Below, piece after piece: positions 37,384-47,142 of a stretch of 64,000 nt of DNA. A program made the translations under genes and the position numbers. Position 1 is the first letter of the stretch. Every line of letters starts with the position of its first letter. Source of the DNA: Planctomycetota bacterium (GTDB lineage: Bacteria > Planctomycetota > UBA11346); assembly GCA_038231435.1 (NCBI GenBank), contig JBBRLJ010000008.1, positions 61,091 to 125,090 of the forward strand. The letters run 5' to 3'. The notes beneath the pieces were generated by a model, which saw only the letters and a list, made by a program, of their open reading frames with translations, was not told the origin of the DNA and made no database searches.

Positions 37384-37983
37384 TCATTTAGGCGTTTCGG
37401 CGGCAGCGGGAGCTGCGGTCGCCGGTTCTGCCTTGCCGGCTGGCGCGGCCTTCTCGAAGGTCAGGCACACGGAGTTGATGCAGTAGCGTTTGCCAGTGGG
37501 GGCCGGGCCGTCGTCGAAGACGTGCCCGAGATGGGATTGGCAGCGCTGGCACAACACTTCGTCGCGTTGCATGCCATGGCTGTCGTCCTTGCCCACGGTG
37601 ACCGAGGTGGCGTTCGCGGGCCTGGTGTAGCTTGGCCAGCCGGTGCCGGACTCGAACTTGTCGCCCGAGGAGAACAACGCCTCGCCACATGCGGCGCAGC
37701 GATAGGTGCCGGCCTCGTGGTTGTTCCAGAACTCGCCGGTGAAGGCGCGTTCAGTGCCTTTCTGGCGCAGGACCTCGTACTGCTGCGGGGTCAGGCGTTG
37801 TTTCCATTCGGCATCGGTCGCCGGCAGCGCGGCGCCAGGCGTCGGCTTGGCGGTCGCCTCAGCCGGACCCTGTCCGGCCGGAGCCTGGGCAGCAGGGGCC
37901 GCCACGTCGCCGCAACCGGCGACCATCGCCAGTACGCAGAGGGAGAGGAGATGGCCCACATGGCGGTGCAGCGTATCGGTCAT
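37384..37983 (-). CDS. msrB: Peptide-methionine (R)-S-oxide reductase, probable lipoprotein
   Basis: [36 protein letters not shown] lipobox. Confidence 0.92.
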   Translation of the reverse strand: MTDTLHRHVGHLLSLCVLAMVAGCGDVAAPAAQAPAGQGPAEATAKPTPGAALPATDAEWKQRLTPQQYEVLRQKGTERAFTGEFWNNHEAGTYRCAACGEALFSSGDKFESGTGWPSYTRPANATSVTVGKDDSHGMQRDEVLCQRCQSHLGHVFDDGPAPTGKRYCINSVCLTFEKAAPAGKAEPATAAPAAAETPK

Positions 37984-38145
37984 GATGTGGATACGTTTGC
38001 CGCGAGGCCGTGGATGTCCACGGACAAGCCTCCGCCTCGCGCGGCGCGCAGGCCGGCTCCGCCGCCCGGATCGACGTTTGGGATGCGCAGTGCCAGGGGA
38101 AACCAGGCGGGTGGCAAATGTATCCGATCCAGCGATAGTCCCGTC

Positions 38146-38958
38146 ATGGCAACGCTTCCCCTCGGGCCCGCTGGGCCCCGCGAGCTGCATTGCCGTATCC
38201 TGCATGAGAGCATCGTGGTCATCGATCGCGCGTGGAATCACATGCTCTGCAACCCGTATTGGCGGCTCTACCGCAATGATGGCGATGGCGCGTGGGTCGA
38301 TTGCCCGTCCGGCGAGGTGCATCTCGATGCTGGCCTGTTGTATCTCGTGCCCGCTTGGGGGCGGTTCCACTCGCGCTGCGTGAAATCGACTCGGCACTTC
38401 TATGCCCACTTCGCGCCATCTGGCCTGGAGGGTGATTGGTCCAAAGGCGTATTCGATCGCCCCCTGGCCGTGCCGCGTGATGCGGCCCGCGATCTGGCGG
38501 CGGAGCGCCTTTCCCGCGGCGCACCGACTCCGGCCCGCCGCCTGCGCGTCCAGGCGCTGGTAGCCGATGCGCTGGCCGCGACCATCGAAGCCCTGCCCGC
38601 GCAGGCACTGCATGGCTTGTCGCTGCAGATGGCGGGGCCGGATCAGATGGGTCCGGCCCTCAGGCATATCGATGCGCACCTCGCGGCTCGGCTGCCGGTG
38701 GCGGTGCTGGCGAAGCAGTGCGGATTGAGCGTGCATCATTTCTCGCGCGTGTTCCACGCCCGCATCGGGCGGACGCCGACGCGCTACGTCCAGGAGCGCA
38801 GGGTGGCCGTGGCGGCCGAGCGCCTGGTGTCCGGAGACGAGGGCATCGAACGCATCGCCGACGCGGCTGGCTTCGCGAACCGCTACCACTTCACCCGCGT
38901 GTTCACCCGCTTCATGGGCGTCCCACCCGCCACCTACCGGCGCACCGGGCGGGTGTGA
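38146..38958 (+). CDS. AraC family transcriptional regulator
   Basis: LA..CGLS.HHFSR.F...GRTP..Y; IA...[12 protein letters not shown]...G.PP..YR. Confidence 0.9.
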   Translation: MATLPLGPAGPRELHCRILHESIVVIDRAWNHMLCNPYWRLYRNDGDGAWVDCPSGEVHLDAGLLYLVPAWGRFHSRCVKSTRHFYAHFAPSGLEGDWSKGVFDRPLAVPRDAARDLAAERLSRGAPTPARRLRVQALVADALAATIEALPAQALHGLSLQMAGPDQMGPALRHIDAHLAARLPVAVLAKQCGLSVHHFSRVFHARIGRTPTRYVQERRVAVAAERLVSGDEGIERIADAAGFANRYHFTRVFTRFMGVPPATYRRTGRV

Positions 38959-39038
38959 TCGCTGCATCATCCATGACTGGCGCCCCTCGACTGCGCGCCC
39001 TGGCGGGTATACACAAGGGGCCGCGCGAAAGGGAACCG

Positions 39039-39902
39039 ATGCGATGCTTCTCCTGGGTTGTCCTCGGCCGCCTGCCGATGGCGATGCTCGTGCCGGTGTC
39101 GCTGACGGCGGTCCTGATGGTGATCGCGCCGAGTCTCCCCGCCGCCGATGCTCCGGTAGACCCGAAGCCGCCGGTCGAGGTTCCTGGACCGGGCCTAGAT
39201 CCGGCGAAGGACCCAGCGAAGCCGCCTACGGTCGAGGACCCTACGCTCCTGGATCCCACGGCGATGCCCGAGATCGAGCCGGTCGAACCGCCGCCGGATG
39301 AGCTCTCACAGCGGCGCGAGCGCCATCAGGATCTGCTCGACGCGCATCCGTCCCTCGGGATGGGCGCGGCGGACGAGCGCTGGCAGCAGGCCTTGGCCGT
39401 GGCGGATGAAGCACAAAAGGCGATGCGCGCCATCGAAGCGGCGCAGCAGGCCGTGGCTACGCCCGAGGGCGAGATGGTGACCGATCCGCGCACGCTCGAG
39501 ACCCAGTCGCGGCTCGAGGACAAGCTGCTGGCGCTGGATCAATTGCTCGACCGCATGGACATCGACGGCGAGCTGCTCGAAGTCGCGAAGAAGCTCGATG
39601 GCCACGACGAACTCGCGCAACGCGGCGGCAAGGCCAAGCAGCTCGCGGGTCTGCGCGAGCGGCTGCTCGGAGCGCTGAACGCGACCCACGCCCTGCAACG
39701 CGACGCGCTGGCGCTGCGCCACCACGCCGCCGCCGTGCAGGAGCAGGCCGACGCGAAGGAGCTGGAGTCCGAGAAGACCGCCGAGTCCGTCGAGGAGGCG
39801 CGCGCCGCCCTCACCGAACTCGGTGACCGCATCGACGACGCCTTGAGCCCGGTACCGTCCCAGGATGGCAGCGAGCAAGCGCCTATGCCCCGGCATTTTT
39901 GA
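39039..39902 (+). CDS. Secreted Pro-rich/coiled-coil hypothetical protein
   Basis: Hydrophobic N-terminus, Pro-rich linker, long Glu/Ala/Leu helices; start uncertain. Confidence 0.6.
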   Translation: MRCFSWVVLGRLPMAMLVPVSLTAVLMVIAPSLPAADAPVDPKPPVEVPGPGLDPAKDPAKPPTVEDPTLLDPTAMPEIEPVEPPPDELSQRRERHQDLLDAHPSLGMGAADERWQQALAVADEAQKAMRAIEAAQQAVATPEGEMVTDPRTLETQSRLEDKLLALDQLLDRMDIDGELLEVAKKLDGHDELAQRGGKAKQLAGLRERLLGALNATHALQRDALALRHHAAAVQEQADAKELESEKTAESVEEARAALTELGDRIDDALSPVPSQDGSEQAPMPRHF

Positions 39903-40006
39903 TCGACGCAAGTCCCTGCGCCTACTGATCGCGCCAATTCGGCGGTGACGGTGGAGATCCTCCAGACAAAAATCACGGTCGGCCGCATCATCATGGTTGA
40001 ACCCCG

Positions 40007-40552
40007 GTGATCAGCGACCATGACGACATCCGACGACTGCTTTCCGCGAGCGATCCGACCGCCCTCGACCTCATCCATGAGCGCTTCTGCGGGCTGCTGC
40101 ACGGGTACGCGCTGTCGATCCTCGGCTCTAGCCATGATGCCGAGGATGTGATGCAGGAGCTGTTCGTATCCATCGCGACCCATCGGGCGCAGGTCGCGTC
40201 CGCAGCCAACCTCGCCGGCTATCTCGTTGGCATGGCGCGCAACCAGGCGCTGCAGTGTCTCCGTCGTCGTCCGCGGCGCGAGCATCCACTGGGGGATGCG
40301 ATCGAGGTGCTGGTGGCTGCGCCGGGATGCGTCAACGACGACGATCGGACGCGCGCGCTCGCCGCGGCGCTTCTGTCGCTGCCGCTGGAGCAGCGCGAGG
40401 TCGTGGCCTTGAAGATCGACGAGGACCGCACCTTCGCCGAGATCGGCGAGCTGCTCGGGGTGTCGATCAACACCGTCGCCAGCCGGTACCGGTACGCGAT
40501 GGAAAAGCTCCGCGCGCAGCTCGGCGCCGGCTTCGGGGGGCGGGATGCCTGA
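40007..40552 (+). CDS. ECF RNA polymerase sigma factor
   Basis: DAEDVMQELF, ARN.AL, LP.EQREV..L, EIGELLG.SINTV.SR. Confidence 0.88.
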   Translation: MISDHDDIRRLLSASDPTALDLIHERFCGLLHGYALSILGSSHDAEDVMQELFVSIATHRAQVASAANLAGYLVGMARNQALQCLRRRPRREHPLGDAIEVLVAAPGCVNDDDRTRALAAALLSLPLEQREVVALKIDEDRTFAEIGELLGVSINTVASRYRYAMEKLRAQLGAGFGGRDA

Positions 40553-40958
40553 CCTTCCGGACGTTGATCGGCCCTTCCGCGGCCACCGACTCGCGCCTTC
40601 AGCCATGGACCGTGAGCGCATGCTCGTCCGTGCCCGCGCCGCGTGGGCCCTGCCCCCCGCGCGCGCCCGCGCCGGCTGGAAACCGTGGGCCCTGGCTACG
40701 GCGGCATCGCTGCTGGTGTTCGCTGATGTGCTGAGCACCGCCTGGTGCCGTGGGGGCGGCATCGACGAACGGATTGCGTTCTCGCGGACGGTCGTGGAGG
40801 CGATCGCGGTACCGTCGCCAGAGGATCCGGACACGCCTGATGGTCTCGACGACCGGCGCATGTCCCGGCTCGCGCGGTTGTTCCCGGCTGTGCCGGACCG
40901 TAGCGCGTCCGACGTCACGATTGCGAAGTTGCAGAACAGAATCTTCCAACAGGAGTGA
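40545..40958 (+). CDS. Putative anti-sigma / single-TM protein
   Basis: Overlaps sigma stop; L.P...DRERML..A then a hydrophobic segment. Confidence 0.55.
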   Translation: MPDLPDVDRPFRGHRLAPSAMDRERMLVRARAAWALPPARARAGWKPWALATAASLLVFADVLSTAWCRGGGIDERIAFSRTVVEAIAVPSPEDPDTPDGLDDRRMSRLARLFPAVPDRSASDVTIAKLQNRIFQQE

Positions 40959-42373
40959 ACATGCCTGGCATATCAGATTTCAAACGGTGGGCTTGGCGCA
41001 CGATCACGGGGCGAGCCGGCATCGTCGCGCTCTGCCTGCTCTTCGTCCTGGTCATGATCCATGTCGTTCTCGGCCTGGTCTGGGGTCGCGATCTGCGCGC
41101 GGCGCAGGCGCGCCTGGTGGAGGCGGGACTGCCGACGGCACCTGGCCAGGTCAGCCCGACGTGCCTGGAGGTCGACAATGCGGCGCCCTTGTATGTGAAG
41201 GCGTTCGTGCTGATGACGCTGGACAGCGGCAAGGTATTTTCCTCGTCGTCGTCGGGTAAGCTGAATCCAGCCCTCAATCACGTGATCGACCTGATCGCCA
41301 GGCCTCTCTGCTCGGATCCATCGGCGTGGACGCAGGCGGAGCGGGATGACACCCTCGCGGTGCTCGAGAGTGCCGATTTCACGCGCATACGTCTCCTCAT
41401 CGACGAGGCGGTGACGCGACCTCGCTGCTGCTTCGATCTCGATTACGGCACGGGCCCCGATACACGGTTGCCGCACATCATTGTAGCTCGTGAGTCCGCA
41501 CGCTTGCTCGCCTGCCGCGCGCGGCTGTTGGGGCTCGCCGGTCGCTTACGGGATAGCGCCGATGCGCATCGGGTCGTCCTCGGCCTCGGACGGCAGCAGT
41601 GCGAAACGCCGGTCTTCATCTGCCAGCTCGTCGGGCTTGCGATGGATGCGTTGGCCATCGAAAGCCTGCACCAGTCCTTCAATGCCGGACTGGTTCCTGA
41701 CGAGAGTCTGCCGGCGCTGGCCACTGCCTGCGAGGCGATGGATGCGCGCACCAACATGGTGAGGGCGTTCGACGGGGAGAGGTTGTTGTTCGGAGAATGG
41801 GTATTCGATGCCTTGGCCAATGGACGCATGGGATCGGACCTATATGGCACGAGCCTTGATGACGCTTCGCGTCTCGGGTTCATCGGAGGATGGCTGTACC
41901 GGAGCTTCCTTGGTGCTCCGCTGGTGGCCAAGGACCATGCCATCTATCTCGACCGCATCGTGGAGATGCGTCGGCAGATCGAGCAGGCCGAGAAGCCTGG
42001 CAAGTGGGTGCCGCTGCCATCGTACGCACGGCTGACCAGTATGCTGTTGCCCTCTGCGGACATGCTGGCGGCCGCGCTTGAACGTCATCGCGTGACCGTC
42101 GATCTGGCCCGCCTGGCGGTGGCCCTGCGACGCGCCCATGCGCGTGACGGCTCCTACCCCGACGCGCTCTCGGCGCTCTCGCCGAGTCTGCTGGCCACAC
42201 TCCCGGCCGGCACGTTGAATCACCAGCCCTACACCTATCGGCGGCTTGCGAATGGATTCGCGCTCTCCGCCGAGCCCGTGGTCGAGGCTACAGCCAAGCC
42301 CGACAAGAAGCAGCGCCTGATCGACGCCTGGACGTGGTCCGCCGGCAGCGAGCCTGGGAAGCCTGGACTCTGA
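40955..42373 (+). CDS. Membrane-anchored helical hypothetical protein
   Basis: N-terminal TM; NAAPLY; C-terminal LAVALRR...G.YP..L..L.P; coupled to the ECF cassette. Confidence 0.65.
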   Translation: MNMPGISDFKRWAWRTITGRAGIVALCLLFVLVMIHVVLGLVWGRDLRAAQARLVEAGLPTAPGQVSPTCLEVDNAAPLYVKAFVLMTLDSGKVFSSSSSGKLNPALNHVIDLIARPLCSDPSAWTQAERDDTLAVLESADFTRIRLLIDEAVTRPRCCFDLDYGTGPDTRLPHIIVARESARLLACRARLLGLAGRLRDSADAHRVVLGLGRQQCETPVFICQLVGLAMDALAIESLHQSFNAGLVPDESLPALATACEAMDARTNMVRAFDGERLLFGEWVFDALANGRMGSDLYGTSLDDASRLGFIGGWLYRSFLGAPLVAKDHAIYLDRIVEMRRQIEQAEKPGKWVPLPSYARLTSMLLPSADMLAAALERHRVTVDLARLAVALRRAHARDGSYPDALSALSPSLLATLPAGTLNHQPYTYRRLANGFALSAEPVVEATAKPDKKQRLIDAWTWSAGSEPGKPGL

Positions 42374-42434
42374 GCTCGACTCAGGTTCGTTAGGGGCGCC
42401 GTTGCCCGTCGTGCCCCGCGCATAGGGTCGCGGC

Positions 42435-43679
42435 ATGCCCAACGCCCCATCATCCCCTTCCTCCGATCTCGCCACGCGCCTGCGTGCCCACGTCCTCGAG
42501 GGCATCGATCTGAAGGCAGGGCGCCCGCAGGCGCCGTCGTCGCCATTCTGGAAAGGCTTGGCCGCGCTCGGGTCGAGACTGTGGCTGGACACCGGCGACA
42601 TCGCGGCGGCCGAAGCGTTGTGGTGCGCGGAATTCTCGGCGCTGACCACCAACAATACGCTCCTGAACAAGGAGGTGCAGACCGGTTACTACGATGCGTT
42701 CATCGGCCAGACCGCCAAGCTGCTCGGCGGGCTCGATGACCAGGAGAAGGTGCTCGAGATCGCCTTCGCGCTGAACGCCCGCCATGGCCTGCGCCTGGTA
42801 CAGCGTTTCGGCGCCAAGGTCAGCGTCGAGCTGCACACCGATCTCGCCCACGACGCCGAGCGCTCGATCGCCTACGGCGTGCGCTACAACGCCGTCTGCC
42901 CGGAGTCCTTCATCGTCAAGCTGCCGCTGACGCCGTCCGGCCTGATCGCCGCGCGCGAGCTCGGCAGCCGCGGCATCGCCGTGAATTTCACGCTCGGCTT
43001 CAGCGCGCGACACAACCACCTCATCACCACCTTCGCCAAGCCGTCGTTCGTGAACGTGTTCCTGGGCAGGCTGAATGCCTACATCAAGGACAACCAGCTC
43101 GGCAGCGGTGACATGGTCGGCGAGAAGTCGCTGCTCGCGAGCCAGCGCGAGGTCACGGCCGCGGGCGGCGGGCGCACCCTGCAGATCGCCGCCAGCCTGC
43201 GCGGCGCTGGACAGGTGCGCGATCTGGCCGGCTGCGACGTCTACACCATTCCAACCGCCGTGGCCGCTGCCGCGGTCAAAGAGCTCGACGGCACGTGGAG
43301 CGACCGCCGCCGTCAGGATTACCAGGTGACGTTCACCGCCGACCGCGCCGCGATCCGCGCCGATGTCCTGTGGGACGTGTCGGCTGCGGAGCGTGCCTTC
43401 GCGAACGATCTCGCGGCGAAACCGCCGGCCAAGGCCGAGGAGCTGGTGGCGCGCGCCCATCGCGCCGGCTGCGGCGACCTCTTCCCACGCTATTCCGCCG
43501 CCGATCTCGCCCGCATCGCGGCCGATGGCAAGATCCCCAAGCACGAGGCCTGGGCCCAGCGCATCCAGGGCGGCGAGCTGGCCATCGATACCCTGCTTGC
43601 GGCGGCCGGTCTCGCATCGTTTTCGGCCGACCAGGCCGCGCTCGACAAGCGCATCCGTTCCTGCATGTCCGCATCCTGA
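42435..43679 (+). CDS. Transaldolase family protein
   Basis: LWLDTG, TTNN, SVE, VKLP, VNFTL.FS, FLGR, AASLR. Confidence 0.82.
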   Translation: MPNAPSSPSSDLATRLRAHVLEGIDLKAGRPQAPSSPFWKGLAALGSRLWLDTGDIAAAEALWCAEFSALTTNNTLLNKEVQTGYYDAFIGQTAKLLGGLDDQEKVLEIAFALNARHGLRLVQRFGAKVSVELHTDLAHDAERSIAYGVRYNAVCPESFIVKLPLTPSGLIAARELGSRGIAVNFTLGFSARHNHLITTFAKPSFVNVFLGRLNAYIKDNQLGSGDMVGEKSLLASQREVTAAGGGRTLQIAASLRGAGQVRDLAGCDVYTIPTAVAAAAVKELDGTWSDRRRQDYQVTFTADRAAIRADVLWDVSAAERAFANDLAAKPPAKAEELVARAHRAGCGDLFPRYSAADLARIAADGKIPKHEAWAQRIQGGELAIDTLLAAAGLASFSADQAALDKRIRSCMSAS

Positions 43680-43826
43680 TTTCCTGCCGCCGCACCCGCC
43701 GTGGATGGCCGTGGATGGCCATGGATGAAGGGGGCGCCATCGCCCATCTCGACTATTCCCGCGGACCGCTCAAGCTGTGCGCTCCACGGGCGCATCGTTA
43801 GATGGCCCAGTACCCAGGAGCAGCCC

Positions 43827-44207
43827 ATGGCCAACGACACCCAGTACCTCGACGCCAACAAATCCAAGCCGGGCGTGACGACGCTGCCGAGCGGCCTCCA
43901 GTACCGGGTGGTGACGGCGGGAAGCGGCAAGAAGCCGCGCGCGAGCGACACCGTCAGCGTGCACTACAAGGGCAAGCTCATCGACGGCACCGAGTTCGAC
44001 AGCTCGCACAAGCGCGGGCAGCCGGCCAGCTTCCCGGTCAACGGCGTCATCGCCGGCTGGACCGAGGCGCTCCAGTTGATGGGCGAAGGCTCCACCTGGG
44101 AACTGGTGATTCCGTCCAATCTCGCCTACGGACCACGTGGCGCGGGTGGCGTCATCCCGCCGCACGCGACGCTGATCTTCGAGGTCCAGCTCCTCAAGGT
44201 CAGCTGA
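43827..44207 (+). CDS. FKBP-type peptidyl-prolyl isomerase
   Basis: SGLQY, VHYKGKLIDGTEFDSS, VIAGWTEALQLM, LAYG; AGGAG RBS. Confidence 0.93.
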   Translation: MANDTQYLDANKSKPGVTTLPSGLQYRVVTAGSGKKPRASDTVSVHYKGKLIDGTEFDSSHKRGQPASFPVNGVIAGWTEALQLMGEGSTWELVIPSNLAYGPRGAGGVIPPHATLIFEVQLLKVS

Positions 44208-44226
44208 TCGGGGCCGAGCGCCGTCG

Positions 44227-45177
44227 ATGCCCATGAGTGCAGTCGCACCATCGCCGGCGCCCACCGACTCTCCGTCCGCATCTCCGGCCGCCTGGGGCGG
44301 TCGCTCGCTCGTCGGGACGCTGCCCTTGCGTCTCGGAGAGCCGGTGCTGCGCGTGCTCGGTTTCGGCGGGATGCGGCTGTTCAGCTATCCGGTGGCGTTG
44401 CTCTTCCTGCTGATGGATGCGCGCTCGCGCCGCGAGACGCTGCGCTATTGGCGGCGCGTGCGGCCCGGCGACGACGGCTGCACTCAGCTCGCACGAGCGT
44501 GGCGGCAGATGGCGTGTTTTGGCCGCCTGCTCTGCGATCGCATGCTTGCCTACTCGCGACCCGGACGCATGCGGCTGGCGGCCCAAGGCCATGAACGGCT
44601 GCGCGTGTCGCTTACCTCCGGCACCGGCCGCATCATCCTCTCGGCCCATCTCGGCAATTGGGCGCTCGCCGGACGCATCCTCAGCCGCTGGGACGGTCCG
44701 CCGGTGAACGTCGTCAAGGTCGAGCTCGAGAGCGACGAGGAACGCGCGATCTACGAGCGCATCATGGGCGACCGCGCGCCGAAGGTGATCGATCCGCGTG
44801 ATCCGCTCGGCGCCACCCTCGCCATCCGCGAGGCGCTCTCGCGCGGCGAGACCGTGGGCATGCTCGGCGATCGGGTGTACGGCGACCAGCCGTGCGCGCG
44901 CGTGCCGTTCCTCGGGCCCGATGCGCGCTTTCCCATCGGCCCGTTCCAGATCGCTGCCGCGACCGGAGCGCCGATCTTTGTGTGCTTCTGCCTGCGCCGT
45001 GGCGACGGCGCCTACCGGTTCATCGTCGACGAGCCCTGGTACGTGAGCCTTCCGAGCGACCGCCGCGAGCGTCCCGCGGCCATGCGCGCCGCGGCTGCGC
45101 GCTGGGCCAAACGGCTGGAAACCGAAGTACGCCGACGTCCCCTGCAATGGCACAACTTCCACGATTTCTGGGCTTGA
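44227..45177 (+). CDS. LpxL/LpxP-like acyltransferase (aryl polyene/xanthomonadin-cluster type)
   Basis: SAHLGNW, MLGDR, FP.GPF..A, P.QW.NF.DFW. Confidence 0.85.
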   Translation: MPMSAVAPSPAPTDSPSASPAAWGGRSLVGTLPLRLGEPVLRVLGFGGMRLFSYPVALLFLLMDARSRRETLRYWRRVRPGDDGCTQLARAWRQMACFGRLLCDRMLAYSRPGRMRLAAQGHERLRVSLTSGTGRIILSAHLGNWALAGRILSRWDGPPVNVVKVELESDEERAIYERIMGDRAPKVIDPRDPLGATLAIREALSRGETVGMLGDRVYGDQPCARVPFLGPDARFPIGPFQIAAATGAPIFVCFCLRRGDGAYRFIVDEPWYVSLPSDRRERPAAMRAAAARWAKRLETEVRRRPLQWHNFHDFWA

Positions 45178-45212
45178 GCCTCGGCACGGGTCGACCATCC
45201 TGGGCGACCCCC

Positions 45213-45485
45213 ATGGAAGCCGACCGACTCGAACTCGCCAAGCACCTGATCGCGGGCCTCAACCTCGAGGGCACCACCCCCCAGGACATCGATCCGAAGG
45301 CGCCGCTCTTCGGCGAGGGGCTCGGCCTGGACAGCATCGATGCGCTCGAGCTCGCGGTCATCGTGGACCGTACCTACGGCGTGAAGATCCAGGGCATGGA
45401 GCAGGGCAAGGCGGCCTTCGCCAGCCTCGATGCCCTCACCGACTACATCGCGGCCAACCGCGCGAAGCCCGGCCCGGCGGCATGA
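45213..45485 (+). CDS. Acyl carrier protein (aryl polyene/xanthomonadin type)
   Basis: LNLE...DI...PLFGEGLGLDSIDALEL...YGVKI. Confidence 0.9.
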   Translation: MEADRLELAKHLIAGLNLEGTTPQDIDPKAPLFGEGLGLDSIDALELAVIVDRTYGVKIQGMEQGKAAFASLDALTDYIAANRAKPGPAA

Positions 45486-47131
45486 CGCATCTCCAGCCGG
45501 AGTACGACGTCGTCATCCTCGGTGGTGGCCTCGCCGGCCTCTGCCTGGCTTTGCAGCTGAAGCAGCGCCGCCCCGGCACGAGCGTGTTGGTGCTCGAGAA
45601 GAAGAAGCACCCGGTCGACGAGGCCGCGCACAAGGTTGGCGAATCGTCGGTCGAGATCGGCGCGCACTACTTCACCAACGTGCTCGCCCTGATGGACCAC
45701 TTCAAGGAGCGCCAGCTACCCAAGCTCGGCCTGCGCTATTTCTTCGCCGACGGCGACAAGCGCGACATCGCCACGCGCACCGAGCTCGGCGGCAACGTCT
45801 TCTTCCCATCGCGCAGCTGGCAGATCGATCGCGGCCGCTTCGAGAACCACCTGGCCGTCCAGGCGGCGGCTGCAGGCGCTGACTTCATCGATGCCGCGGT
45901 GGTCGGGAAGGTCGACCTCGGCGGACGCACCGCCATCAGCACCGTCGCGTTCACCGCAGCCGACAAGGTCGAGCGTACAGTACGCGCGCGCTGGGTCGTC
46001 GATGCCAGCGGCCGCGCTGGGATCCTCAAGCGCAAGCTCGGGCTGGCGAAGCCGAATGGTCACGACGCCAATGCGGTGTGGTGGCGCTATGACCGCAAGG
46101 TGGCGATCGACGACTGGTCCGAAGATCCCGCATGGCAGGCGCAGAATGCCGGGAAGCGCTCGCGCTGGTTGTCCACCGTCCACTTCATGGGCCGCGGCTA
46201 CTGGGTGTGGTTAATTCCCCTCGGTTCCGGCAGCCACAGCGTCGGCATCGTGGCCGACGCCAAGCTGCATCCGTTCAGCACCATGTCGTCCTACGAGAAG
46301 GCGCTGCAGTGGCTGCGCGATAACGAGCCGCAGTGCGCCGAGAAGTGCGAGGGCCGCGAAGCCCAGCTCCAGGACTTCCTCGGCTTCAAGGGCTTCTCGT
46401 ACAGCTGCAAGCAGGTGTATTCCGAGGAACGCTGGGCGCTCACCGGCGAGGCCGGCGCATTCCTCGACCCGTTCTATTCGCCCGGCAGCGACTACATCGG
46501 AATGGGCAACACGTTCATCGTCGATCTCATCACCCGCGAGATGGCCGGCGAGAGCATCTCGACGCGCGCGTCGTTCTACGACAAGATCTACTTCACCTTC
46601 TTCGAGAACCATCTGAAGCTCTACGAAGACCAGATGCCGCTCTTCGGCAACGCCAAGGTCATGGCGTTGAAGATCATCTGGGACTTCGCGTACTACTGGG
46701 TCGTTCCCGCGGCATTCTTCTTCCACGAGCGCCAGACCGACCTGATGGCGTTCGCGCGCTTCAAGGGCGCGCTCGACGCGTCAGGCGAACTGAACCGCGA
46801 CGTGCAGATGCTGTTCCGCGCCTGGGAGGCGCTCGACCCGCAGATCGCCAAGACCTTCATCGACGTCCCCGGCATCCCGTTCATGCACGACCTCAACGCG
46901 CGGTTGCAGGACCGGCTCGACGACGCTCAGTTCGCCGCGAAGCTGACGGCGAACCTCGCGCTGCTCGAACGCCTCGCCGGCGAGATCGTCGACGAGGCGA
47001 AGCGCGAATTCCCGGGCATCTCCACGATGGGTCTCGACGGCCTGCCGAGCGGACGCCTCGAGCTGCTGGCGACCATCATGCCGCAGCTGCGCCGTCGCCC
47101 GGCCGGCCAGGGCGCAGGCGCGGCGCGGTAG
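45482..47131 (+). CDS. FAD-dependent halogenase
   Basis: GGGLAG, HKVGES, WVWLIP, F.DPFYSPG; ATGA overlap with ACP. Confidence 0.85.
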   Translation: MTHLQPEYDVVILGGGLAGLCLALQLKQRRPGTSVLVLEKKKHPVDEAAHKVGESSVEIGAHYFTNVLALMDHFKERQLPKLGLRYFFADGDKRDIATRTELGGNVFFPSRSWQIDRGRFENHLAVQAAAAGADFIDAAVVGKVDLGGRTAISTVAFTAADKVERTVRARWVVDASGRAGILKRKLGLAKPNGHDANAVWWRYDRKVAIDDWSEDPAWQAQNAGKRSRWLSTVHFMGRGYWVWLIPLGSGSHSVGIVADAKLHPFSTMSSYEKALQWLRDNEPQCAEKCEGREAQLQDFLGFKGFSYSCKQVYSEERWALTGEAGAFLDPFYSPGSDYIGMGNTFIVDLITREMAGESISTRASFYDKIYFTFFENHLKLYEDQMPLFGNAKVMALKIIWDFAYYWVVPAAFFFHERQTDLMAFARFKGALDASGELNRDVQMLFRAWEALDPQIAKTFIDVPGIPFMHDLNARLQDRLDDAQFAAKLTANLALLERLAGEIVDEAKREFPGISTMGLDGLPSGRLELLATIMPQLRRRPAGQGAGAAR

Positions 47132-47142
47132 GTTGACCCCGA

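Noticed and set aside
37333..38970. Apparent 541-aa and 528-aa overlapping ORFs or an MsrB-AraC fusion
   Set aside because: Two divergent genes whose frames extend upstream without stops
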